Part shown: piece by piece, positions 49,175-56,804 of the stretch
Layout: every line of letters begins with the position of its first letter
Numbering within the stretch: the first letter of the stretch is position 1
NCBI GenBank assembly: GCA_041665265.1
Contig: JBAYJE010000002.1
Span: forward strand, 10,836 to 74,835
Length of the DNA stretch: 64,000 bases
Reading direction: 5' to 3'
DNA from: Minisyncoccota bacterium
GTDB taxonomy: Bacteria; Patescibacteriota; Minisyncoccia; UBA6257; GWB1-50-10
Made by a program: the position numbers and the translations under genes
The notes under the pieces: generated by a model
What the model was told of the DNA's origin: nothing
Seen by the model: only the letters and a program-made list of their open reading frames with translations
Database searches by the model: none

Positions 49175-49684
49175 ATGGACGATCAAAATCAAACAGATTT
49201 AGGACAAGTATCAAAATCAAAGTATTGGAAATTCGTTGCGGGATTTCTCACTATTGTCATTCTCTCTATCGTGGCTCTTTTGGGGCTTTCAAAATATGAA
49301 AGATATTTAAGCAGTAAGCAGGTTAATAAGATGGCGAATGCATTACAACAACTTGAGAAGCAAGATTATGATGCTGCGATGGCGGATACTGTGGGTGGGA
49401 AGACGCCTCAGGAGACTCTTTCAATGTATATCGCCGCTGTTGAAAAAGGGGATTATTCCCTCGCAAGTAAGTATTTCATTGGAAGTAAACAGGAACAGGA
49501 ATTGAAGAGTTTTGAGAAAGCACCGAAAGAAAATTTAATTACTTATATTGCGGTATTAAAAGAAGTTATTACTAGGGGTGGTGAGTACTCGTTTGATAGA
49601 AAGGAATTTAGTTTTGACGGAGATATTTTGGTTCGGATGAAATTGTACCCGAACGGTATTTGGAAAATTATAGAAATGTTTTAA
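49175..49684 (+). CDS. Single-TM NTF2-like hypothetical protein
   Basis: TM; GGKTPQETL..AVEKGDYSLASKYF..NGIWKI. Confidence 0.7.
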   Translation: MDDQNQTDLGQVSKSKYWKFVAGFLTIVILSIVALLGLSKYERYLSSKQVNKMANALQQLEKQDYDAAMADTVGGKTPQETLSMYIAAVEKGDYSLASKYFIGSKQEQELKSFEKAPKENLITYIAVLKEVITRGGEYSFDRKEFSFDGDILVRMKLYPNGIWKIIEMF

Positions 49685-49857
49685 CTTCTCCCATCCTCAA
49701 AATGAGGTTCTAATAATGACCGTAGAAATGTGCAGCCACTTTGTTCAAAACATAATCTATTGAAGTCTGGTAGAATTATATAGATAAAGGCAGTTTTGAT
49801 TTTCTAGCCTAAATCTCCATCAAAAGGTTTTGACCTCGTCCCAAGGCCCTGGTAAAT

Positions 49858-50349
49858 ATGATGCTAAGAAATAATAACGAAGAAAATCAACAAGAAAGCA
49901 AAAAAAATCTCATTGGAAGAGATAGGTCATTTTACGAACAATACAACCTTTTAACCAAAAGTGCCTCCGAACAAAAGGATGAATTTGATAAGAAGTTTTT
50001 CTATGTGGTATCCTCCCTTTTTGCTTTTTCTATATTATTTGTCCAGTTTGCGAAAGACATAACTAGCGGTTACATTTTGTTAATAGTTTGGTGTTCAAAT
50101 TTTTTGGCACTTCTCTTTCATTTAACTGCTCACTTGGCTGCAGAAAAAACACTTAATGAATTAAGAAAGAAATTTGCTGATGTAGATAAAGATAACAATG
50201 AGAAGAGAGAAAGGGTTCTTAGACTGATTATGGGTTTTGAAAAACCTCTGTGGGGTAAGGTTGCTTATTGGGTGGAAATCGCGAGTTATATCCTTTTCGT
50301 GTCGGCGGTCTTTTTCTTCCTTTGGTTTGTTTACATCAACTTGGTGTAG
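49858..50349 (+). CDS. Hypothetical 3-TM membrane protein
   Basis: 163-aa ORF, three hydrophobic segments. Confidence 0.65.
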   Translation: MMLRNNNEENQQESKKNLIGRDRSFYEQYNLLTKSASEQKDEFDKKFFYVVSSLFAFSILFVQFAKDITSGYILLIVWCSNFLALLFHLTAHLAAEKTLNELRKKFADVDKDNNEKRERVLRLIMGFEKPLWGKVAYWVEIASYILFVSAVFFFLWFVYINLV

Positions 50350-50585
50350 AAAAATTTTAATTTGCGGGATGGGGATATGCCCAAGGGCCAGATGCAGCAT
50401 GTTCTGCATCATGCAGATTTGTGGGAGGGAATTCAGTAGGTGATAGTGATTGGTATCTGAAACTCGGATTAAGGGAATAAAGAGTTTTAAATTGGTGAAA
50501 GAGTAATTTGTTGACGATAAAATAGATTCGTTGTATTTTAAAAACAGTAAATTTGCTGAATTTTTCATAAAGAAAGGAGCTAGGT

Positions 50586-50753
50586 ATGTGTTGGAGAGAT
50601 GATGTACAACAGGCGCGACGATGCATGTCCTGTAAGAAGAAGTATTATGGTGACCTCGGTCATAAAAATTGCCCCACTCAGGCGAAGAAGAGAGTAATTT
50701 CTTCAAATCGGAAAGGATTTAAGAGGGAGGCTCTTAAAGCGGAGAAACAATGA
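50586..50753 (+). CDS. 55-aa basic putative zinc-finger protein
   Basis: MCWRDDVQQARRCMSCKKKYYGDLGHKNCPTQAKKR...; TTGACG-17-TATTTT promoter, AAGGAG SD, terminator 50759-50789. Confidence 0.6.
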   Translation: MCWRDDVQQARRCMSCKKKYYGDLGHKNCPTQAKKRVISSNRKGFKREALKAEKQ

Positions 50754-50856
50754 TTGTTACTGCCTGAAATCTCAGGCAGTTTTTATTTTGCATGATATAA
50801 TAAAGAGAGATGCGTGCACTCAATAATGTGAAGTAGTTTTTTCGGTATATATACTG

Positions 50857-52167
50857 ATGAACATTTTCTCTCAATTTATTAAAAAAAGCTCGCTTGTAGG
50901 AAGAATGACGGCCACTGTAATTCTTATTACGATTACAATAGGTATTCTTGTTGCCTATGTGGTTTTTCGAATGTCGTTTACTAATCTCGCTACTGCCGAA
51001 AAAGAAAAAATTCTTGCGGTAATGATGCAAGACTCTCGTGAATTAACAAGTCTTTTTGATTTTTCAAAAAAGACAGCAAATACTATCGCATCTCAGGAGG
51101 CTATTATTACGTATTTAAAAAATATACCAAAAGAGCAGGATGAGAACATATTAAAACTTCTTCAAGGATATAATATTGGAAATGAATATTCTTCGATTTA
51201 TCTTATGGATACATTAGGAGAAACACTTGTAGCTACTGACTCAACGTTTGCGGGGAAGAATTATAGTATTCGCGAGTATTTTAAAGATGCGATAGCAGGA
51301 AAGATGGGAGTACAAATGGCAGTAGGACTTACCACTAAGAAGGCTGGTTATTATTTTTCTGCGCCAGTAAAAAATGGTAATAATCAGATTATTGGCGTAA
51401 TAGCACTTAAAAGGGATATAGATCTTACTAGTTTAGTTACTGCAGGAGATGGGGCGAGTCAAGGAAAAAATATGTTGGTTGATGAATATGGCGTGGTTAT
51501 CAATTCTAATGTTCCCGAGCGGATTTTTAAAAGTCTGGGAGTTTTATCAATTAGTAGTAGGGTTCAAATAGAGAAGGAAGCAAGATTTACAGGTATTGAA
51601 ATAACACCACTTCAATATGACATGGCACAGACAATTTTGATGGATTATCGAGGACCGACTACAATTGATTTTTTTGATTCTGTGGATAATGAAACAGAGA
51701 TCGTGGGTGTGGCAAAAGTGGGAGAATATCCTTTTTATCTAGTGAGCGAAGCGGATCTTACTGAGGTGGAGGCAATTGCTCAGAAAACTGCATTTGGACT
51801 TACGTTAATATCACTTCTCTCGTCCCTTTGTATTGCACTTGCGGTTTCTTTTGCATTGCGACGTGCTTTGCGAGCAATTACTGATGTTATTCAGTCAGCG
51901 GTGAGAATAAGCGAGGGGAATTTTAAGGAGCGATTAACTATTGAGGGTAGTATAGAGGCGACTGAACTTAGTACCGCTTTTAATTCTATGGTGGCGCGCC
52001 TTGATGCGCTTTATTCTGATATGGAGGGTGAAGTATCGAGAGCTACTCAAGAGCTTGAGTCGCGCGCCCTCGAATTAGAAAAAAAGAATGCTGAATTGGA
52101 AAAAACGAAATTTGCAATGATGAATATCTTGCAGGATTTAAAAGATGAACGCGAGAAAAAGACATAA
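50857..52167 (+). CDS. Membrane sensor: TM-dCache-TM-HAMP-coiled coil, no output domain
   Basis: YSIREYFKDAI and YFSAPV Cache motifs; HAMP GNFKERL..ELSTAFNSM; ends AMMNILQDL. Confidence 0.8.
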   Translation: MNIFSQFIKKSSLVGRMTATVILITITIGILVAYVVFRMSFTNLATAEKEKILAVMMQDSRELTSLFDFSKKTANTIASQEAIITYLKNIPKEQDENILKLLQGYNIGNEYSSIYLMDTLGETLVATDSTFAGKNYSIREYFKDAIAGKMGVQMAVGLTTKKAGYYFSAPVKNGNNQIIGVIALKRDIDLTSLVTAGDGASQGKNMLVDEYGVVINSNVPERIFKSLGVLSISSRVQIEKEARFTGIEITPLQYDMAQTILMDYRGPTTIDFFDSVDNETEIVGVAKVGEYPFYLVSEADLTEVEAIAQKTAFGLTLISLLSSLCIALAVSFALRRALRAITDVIQSAVRISEGNFKERLTIEGSIEATELSTAFNSMVARLDALYSDMEGEVSRATQELESRALELEKKNAELEKTKFAMMNILQDLKDEREKKT

Positions 52168-52185
52168 TAAAATAAATAATTACCC

Positions 52186-53127
52186 ATGATCTTAAAAGAG
52201 CCATTTTTTTCAGAGAAAAACATTGAAATAAATCCCCATGTAGTAGAGCTGCGGAAACAATTGAAAGAATTGAGAGATATTTTAGATGCACTTCCTGCGT
52301 GGGTTTTTTTTAAAGATAGAGAGAATAGATTTGTGCGAGTAAATAAATCATTTTGCGACGCAATGAAGATGACCCATGAGCAACTTGAAGGGAAATCGCT
52401 CTTCGAACTATATCCAAAAGAACAAGCGGATAAATTTTGGGAGGATGATAAAGAAGTAATAAAGTCAGAAAGTGCGAAATGGCACATTATTGAACCGATT
52501 GAATCACCACAGGGGAAGATTTGGCTTGATACAAGTAAGATTCCTTATCGAAATGAGAGGGGTGATATTCTTGGTGTTGTAGGATTTTCTATTGATATAA
52601 CTCATGAAAGAAATATGAAAGAGAAGGAAGAACAATATCGCGCAATGTATGAATCATCAAGTGATGCCATTGTCACCCTCGAACCTCCTGATTGGCATTT
52701 TATTTCAGCAAATCCTGCAGCAATAAAAATGTTTCATGTGCGAGATGAGGCAGAATTTAAGACCCTCACTATAAAAGATATTTCTCCCGAGAAGCAGTCC
52801 GATGGAATATTAACAATGGAGGAGGCGGCAAGCATTATTCAAAAAACGCTTGTGGGAGGAAGTAATACCGTTGAATGGATTCATAAACGATATCAAGGAG
52901 GAGAATTTGAGGCAGTAGCAACCCTTGCTAAAGTGATAGTGTCGGGACGTACTATTATTCAGGCCTCTATTCGTGATATCTCAAAACAAAAGGAAAGCGA
53001 GAAGAAAATTCAAGAAAAAATGGATGAATTAAATAAATTAAATAATTTAATGATTGGGAGAGAGTTGAAGATGGTAGAACTTAAAAATAAAATTCAAGAA
53101 TTAGAGGCCCGTCTTGGTGAGAAATAA
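52186..53127 (+). CDS. Tandem PAS/PAC protein with C-terminal coiled coil, no output domain
   Basis: FFKDRENRFVRVN..DIT and ANPAA..RDIS PAS motifs; ends LMIGRELKMVELK. Confidence 0.85.
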   Translation: MILKEPFFSEKNIEINPHVVELRKQLKELRDILDALPAWVFFKDRENRFVRVNKSFCDAMKMTHEQLEGKSLFELYPKEQADKFWEDDKEVIKSESAKWHIIEPIESPQGKIWLDTSKIPYRNERGDILGVVGFSIDITHERNMKEKEEQYRAMYESSSDAIVTLEPPDWHFISANPAAIKMFHVRDEAEFKTLTIKDISPEKQSDGILTMEEAASIIQKTLVGGSNTVEWIHKRYQGGEFEAVATLAKVIVSGRTIIQASIRDISKQKESEKKIQEKMDELNKLNNLMIGRELKMVELKNKIQELEARLGEK

Positions 53128-53244
53128 TTACTTAACAATTGTTTCTAATAGATTTTTAGCTCGATACAGTAATATTGACGCCCATAATGAGGTGGAGTAG
53201 GCTCACAATAGTCACCTTAATTAAAGAGAAAGGAGTGTGGGCTT

Positions 53245-53757
53245 ATGGGTGGTATTATTACTCCTCCACAAATAGTGAAACTCACACGTGAGTTTAATCA
53301 TGTTGTTTTTTTAGCGGGTCCTATTAAGGGAGCGCGTCATTGGCAGCGTACAGCCGCAAATGATATCTATCATACAAATCCAGAATTGTGGGTCGCATCT
53401 CCGCGACAGATGGTTCATGATACTGGTGACCTTGTGGGTATCTCTGAAGATGATCAGATTGATTGGGAACACGCACATCTGAAATTAGCAGGGGAACATG
53501 GTGTAATCATTTTCTGGTTTCCAAAGGAACATATTCATACCTGTGCGCGTGCATACGCACAAACATCTCGTTTCGAGATCGGAGAGCACCTTGTGCTCAG
53601 TCTCTATGAGAACTACAGGGTGATGGTAGGTATTGAGCCTGGATTTTCTGGAGAACATTATCTTCGGCGTACAATTGCGAAAAAATATCCTCATGTCCTT
53701 ATAATGGACTCATTGCATGACACGTGCTGGTATGCAGTTCATAGGCTTTATGAGTAG
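53245..53757 (+). CDS. Nucleoside 2-deoxyribosyltransferase-like protein
   Basis: VVFLAGPI, WQ, ASPR, QIDWEH..L, FWF, TSRFEIG; own promoter, SD, terminator. Confidence 0.75.
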   Translation: MGGIITPPQIVKLTREFNHVVFLAGPIKGARHWQRTAANDIYHTNPELWVASPRQMVHDTGDLVGISEDDQIDWEHAHLKLAGEHGVIIFWFPKEHIHTCARAYAQTSRFEIGEHLVLSLYENYRVMVGIEPGFSGEHYLRRTIAKKYPHVLIMDSLHDTCWYAVHRLYE

Positions 53758-53762
53758 TTTCA

Positions 53763-53792
53763 TCTCCCCCGCATATGTGCGGGGGATTTTTA
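53763..53792 (+). terminator. Rho-independent terminator
   Basis: TCCCCCGCA-TATG-TGCGGGGGATTTTT. Confidence 0.85.
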
Positions 53793-53821
53793 TTGACACA
53801 TAAGATTGTCCGTATTATATT
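53793..53821 (+). promoter_or_regulatory. Strong sigma70 promoter of the tRNA-like array
   Basis: TTGACA-17-TATATT. Confidence 0.75.
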
Positions 53822-53844
53822 GAGCACTCAAGCACTTTTACAAA

Positions 53845-53955
53845 GGGCCATTAGTTCAGCGGCGACGCCTGTGACATACGGACGTATGTTGTTTTCGGGC
53901 GGAGAACGCCTCATTGCTCATGAGGAGGCCGGAGGTTCGAATCCTTCATGGTCCG
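53845..53955 (+). tRNA. Aberrant tRNA-like element 1 (anticodon position GCT, G3:U70, about 40-nt D-loop insert)
   Basis: Acceptor GGGCCAT/ATGGTCC, D stem GTTC/GAAC, anticodon arm CCTCA-TTGCTCA-TGAGG, T arm GGAGG-TTCGAAT-CCTTC. Confidence 0.75.
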
Positions 53956-53960
53956 CGATT

Positions 53961-54036
53961 GGAGCAGTAGCTCAGTTGGTGAGAGCGTCCCCGCTGTCCG
54001 CGGGGAAGGTCGGAGGTTCGATGCCTTCCTGCCCCA
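53961..54036 (+). tRNA. Aberrant tRNA-like element 2 (anticodon position GTC)
   Basis: GGAGCAG/CTGCCCC (A3-C70 mismatch), GCTC/GAGC, TCCCCG-CTGTCCG-CGGGGA, GGAGG-TTCGATG-CCTTC, A73. Confidence 0.75.
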
Positions 54037-54101
54037 CGATGTGGAAATATTTTTTCCATATTCTGTCTCATACATGGTTCTTTGGGAATCATGCGGAGAT
54101 A

Positions 54102-54184
54102 GCCCACTTCTTCTAATTATGGAAAGTACCTTAAATTGGGAAAAAGTTGAGATTAGAGCTGAGGTGAAAGTCCTCGAGTGGGCA
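54102..54184 (+). ncRNA. Degenerate tRNA-like element 3
   Basis: Perfect 7-bp GCCCACT/AGTGGGC, T arm TGAGG-TGAAAGT-CCTCG, D loop with GG, stem CTTAA/TTGAG around a 12-nt loop, followed by ACTA. Confidence 0.55.
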
Positions 54185-54273
54185 CTAAGTACGAGCTAGA
54201 TATCCGTTGTGAACGTGAGTGCCGCGTTGTGCACAATAATCGGGTTTCCGGATAATCTACCTCGTCGTTATAT

Positions 54274-54300
54274 CCCTGCCGCGATCGGCGGGGTTTTTTA
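54274..54300 (+). terminator. Rho-independent terminator ending the tRNA-like array
   Basis: CCCTGCCG-CGAT-CGGCGGGGTTTTTT. Confidence 0.85.
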
Positions 54301-54470
54301 TTGACAACAATATTGAGGATGAATTAGTATTGCTCTCAGAGTAAGGGAAGGAAGGCCCAAGCTCTGGTTACGTCACGTACATGACCTTGCTCACGTGGGG
54401 TCATTCAATCCTCTTGCTGGTAGGAAACCAGCTGCATTGGGGCTCTGTTACGAGAGCCCCATTTTTTATT
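54301..54470 (+). ncRNA. Candidate stand-alone structured small RNA with promoter and terminator
   Basis: TTGACA-18-TAGTAT; GC-rich hairpins; terminator GGGGCTCT-GTTACG-AGAGCCCCATTTTTT; no credible ORF. Confidence 0.5.
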
Positions 54471-54500
54471 TAAATTCTCACTTCGTGATAGTATAAGCAG

Positions 54501-54980
54501 ATGAAAGGGGAAATTATCGCGGTACTTCATAATATTCGGAGTATTCATAACGTGGGTTCGATATTCAGAACTGCTGATGCGGCAGGAGTTTCGAAGCTTT
54601 ATTTATGTGGCATTACTCCTACACCACTTGATCGATTTGGGAAGACGCGAGTAGATTTTACAAAAGTCTCTCTTGGTGCAGAAAAAACTGTTCCGTTTGA
54701 ATCTTTGCGTTCAATTACGCTACTTTTTAAGCGATTAAAAAAAGAAGGATATACTATTGTGGCGATAGAACTTGCACGTGGAGCGATACCTTATTCTTCG
54801 TTACGTCGAATACTTAAGAATAAGAAGGTGGCACTTGTTTTAGGGAATGAGGTTGAGGGGATTCCAGAAGAAATTCTTTCTCAAGTAGATATAATTGCCG
54901 AGATTCCCATGAAAGGAGAGAAAGAATCTTTAAATGTGAGTGTTGCGTTTGGTATCGTTGCCTACGGTATTTTGTATTAA
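54501..54980 (+). CDS. SpoU/TrmH family RNA methyltransferase
   Basis: NIRSIHNVGSIFRTADA, LGNEVEGI, IPMKG.KESLNVSVA. Confidence 0.92.
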   Translation: MKGEIIAVLHNIRSIHNVGSIFRTADAAGVSKLYLCGITPTPLDRFGKTRVDFTKVSLGAEKTVPFESLRSITLLFKRLKKEGYTIVAIELARGAIPYSSLRRILKNKKVALVLGNEVEGIPEEILSQVDIIAEIPMKGEKESLNVSVAFGIVAYGILY

Positions 54981-55001
54981 CATTCGCTATAATAGAGAGA
55001 T

Positions 55002-55493
55002 ATGGGAAACGCACTCGCAAAAACATTCCTTCTTTTCTTCGGTCTCATGATCGGAGGTAGTATTTTTTTAGTTTCGTTTTTGAATAAAATTAATGTGGTA
55101 AAAAACAAAGCAGAAGTAAAAATAGGAACGCAAACTATTATTGCGGATGTAGTAAAAACTGAAGCAGAAAGAGAAAAAGGACTTAGTGGACGAGAGTCTC
55201 TTGGTGTAAATGAGGGAATGCTTTTTGTGTTCGATAGTGAAGATATGTATCCTTTTTGGATGAAAGATATGAAATTCCCTATAGATGTTATTTGGATTAG
55301 AAATAACTATATTGTAGGATTTGCAGAAAATGTGAGTCCAAAAGTAGGGTCCGCACCTAGTGAGACAATTTTCAGCCCCCCTCAGTCGATTGATCGCGCA
55401 CTCGAACTTCGTGCAGGACGCGTAAAGCTTTTACGCGCACAAGTAGGTGATCAGGTGAAGTCGCGACCACTTGTTGATATAGCTGGTTCATGA
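55002..55493 (+). CDS. DUF192 family protein
   Basis: REKGLSGR, GMLFVF, FWMKDMKFPIDVIW, LELRAG. Confidence 0.9.
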   Translation: MGNALAKTFLLFFGLMIGGSIFLVSFLNKINVVKNKAEVKIGTQTIIADVVKTEAEREKGLSGRESLGVNEGMLFVFDSEDMYPFWMKDMKFPIDVIWIRNNYIVGFAENVSPKVGSAPSETIFSPPQSIDRALELRAGRVKLLRAQVGDQVKSRPLVDIAGS

Positions 55494-56671
55494 GTGAACC
55501 GAAGCCAATTCTTGGCCTCCCGCGGAACATTTTTTTCTTAGGGTTGGTCAGTATGTTTAATGACTTTTCGACCGAGATGGTGCAGTCGGTCATGCCTATT
55601 TTTATTACTACGGTACTTGGAGCTCCTCTTATTGTAGTGGGGCTTATCGAAGGGTTCGCTGACGCATTAGCGAGCATACTTAAGGTTTTCTTTGGGTGGT
55701 TTTCTGATAAGTTAAATCGGAGGAAATCATTTGCAGTATTTGGATATCTTCTTTCGGTCAGTACTCGTCCTTTTTTGGTGCTCGCAACAAGTTATGGGCA
55801 TATATTTGGATTGCGCGCACTTGATCGAGTAGGAAAAGGTATGCGTGACGCACCACGTGATGCGCTTATTGCCGAATCGACGACACCAGAAACAATCAGT
55901 CGTTCATTTGGATACCATCGAATGATGGATACATTTGGGGGAACATTGGGACCTCTTGCCGCATTTCTTATTCTCCCTTTTGTATTTAATTCGTATCATA
56001 TTATTTTTCTTATCGCGTTTGCGGTGGGCGCACTTGCAGTTATTACCTTTTTCTTTGTAAAAGAGGTGAAACGTCTTGATACGGTAAGAGTTCCTAAATT
56101 TGATTTACAGCTTATTCGTTCAAATAGGCGCTTTGTGGTTTTTCTTATCTCTGTATTCGTATTTGGATTAGGAGCACTTCCTCTTCCACTTCTCTTATTG
56201 CGCTCTCCGGAGGTTGGTCTTGGAAACAGTTCGGTGCCATTCTTTTATTTTGTCTCTAATTTTGCATTTGTCCTGGCTTCAATTCCGTTTGGTCGTTTTG
56301 CGGATAGTTATGGAAAACGAAAGATTGTAAGTATTGGTTTTCTCGCCGCGTTTCTCGCATATGTAGGACTTATTTTTGCTCATAGTTTTCCCGCTCTTTT
56401 TGTGGTGTTTGTACTTTTCGGATTTTATAATGCAGCAACGGATGGAATTCAGCGTGCGATGGTAGCGCGTCTTGTGGATCCACAAATTCGTGCTACGGGA
56501 CAGGGTTTCTTAAATGCTGCAATTGGTATTTCTGCACTTCTTGCAGGAGGAATCGGAGGAGGACTCTGGACATATGTAGGTGCTGAGGCTGCGTTTGTAT
56601 ATGCGGCCACTATGTCACTCGCAGGCCTTGTTTTCTTTCTTATTTTGATGAATGTGAGATTTAGAGAGTAA
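55490..56671 (+). CDS. MFS transporter
   Basis: GWFSDKLNRRK motif A, DRVGKGMRDAPRDALIA, about 12 TMs. Confidence 0.92.
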   Translation: MSEPKPILGLPRNIFFLGLVSMFNDFSTEMVQSVMPIFITTVLGAPLIVVGLIEGFADALASILKVFFGWFSDKLNRRKSFAVFGYLLSVSTRPFLVLATSYGHIFGLRALDRVGKGMRDAPRDALIAESTTPETISRSFGYHRMMDTFGGTLGPLAAFLILPFVFNSYHIIFLIAFAVGALAVITFFFVKEVKRLDTVRVPKFDLQLIRSNRRFVVFLISVFVFGLGALPLPLLLLRSPEVGLGNSSVPFFYFVSNFAFVLASIPFGRFADSYGKRKIVSIGFLAAFLAYVGLIFAHSFPALFVVFVLFGFYNAATDGIQRAMVARLVDPQIRATGQGFLNAAIGISALLAGGIGGGLWTYVGAEAAFVYAATMSLAGLVFFLILMNVRFRE

Positions 56672-56679
56672 CTTTTGAA

Positions 56680-56775
56680 CAACCCTCAACAGCAACCCTC
56701 ACTAGGGTGACGAAGCGTCAGATGCAGCAACCCTCGACAGTAACCCTCACCAGGGTGACGAAGCGTCAGATGCGG
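56680..56775 (+). repeat. Two tandem 48-bp GC-rich repeat units
   Basis: 56680-56727 and 56728-56775 differ at 4 of 48 positions. Confidence 0.92.
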
Positions 56776-56804
56776 CATCGGATTAATTATCGTATAATAA
56801 ACAT

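Noticed and set aside
13030-53792. Integron cassettes or prophage as the source of stand-alone genes
   Set aside because: No attC-like sites, integrase, transposase or phage structural genes recognised
54161-54175. RNase P or FMN riboswitch from GAAAGTCC
   Set aside because: Other conserved regions are absent; better explained as a T arm
53775-54199. ORF-track ORFs 53775-54116 and 53948-54199
   Set aside because: They run across a terminator, promoter and tRNA-like folds and have no protein-like features
54410-54437. SRP RNA (GGAA loop)
   Set aside because: Lacks the CAGG/AGCA internal loop and the long rod of 4.5S RNA
56680-56775. Possible CRISPR array
   Set aside because: Only two adjacent near-identical units, no unique spacers, no cas genes in the window
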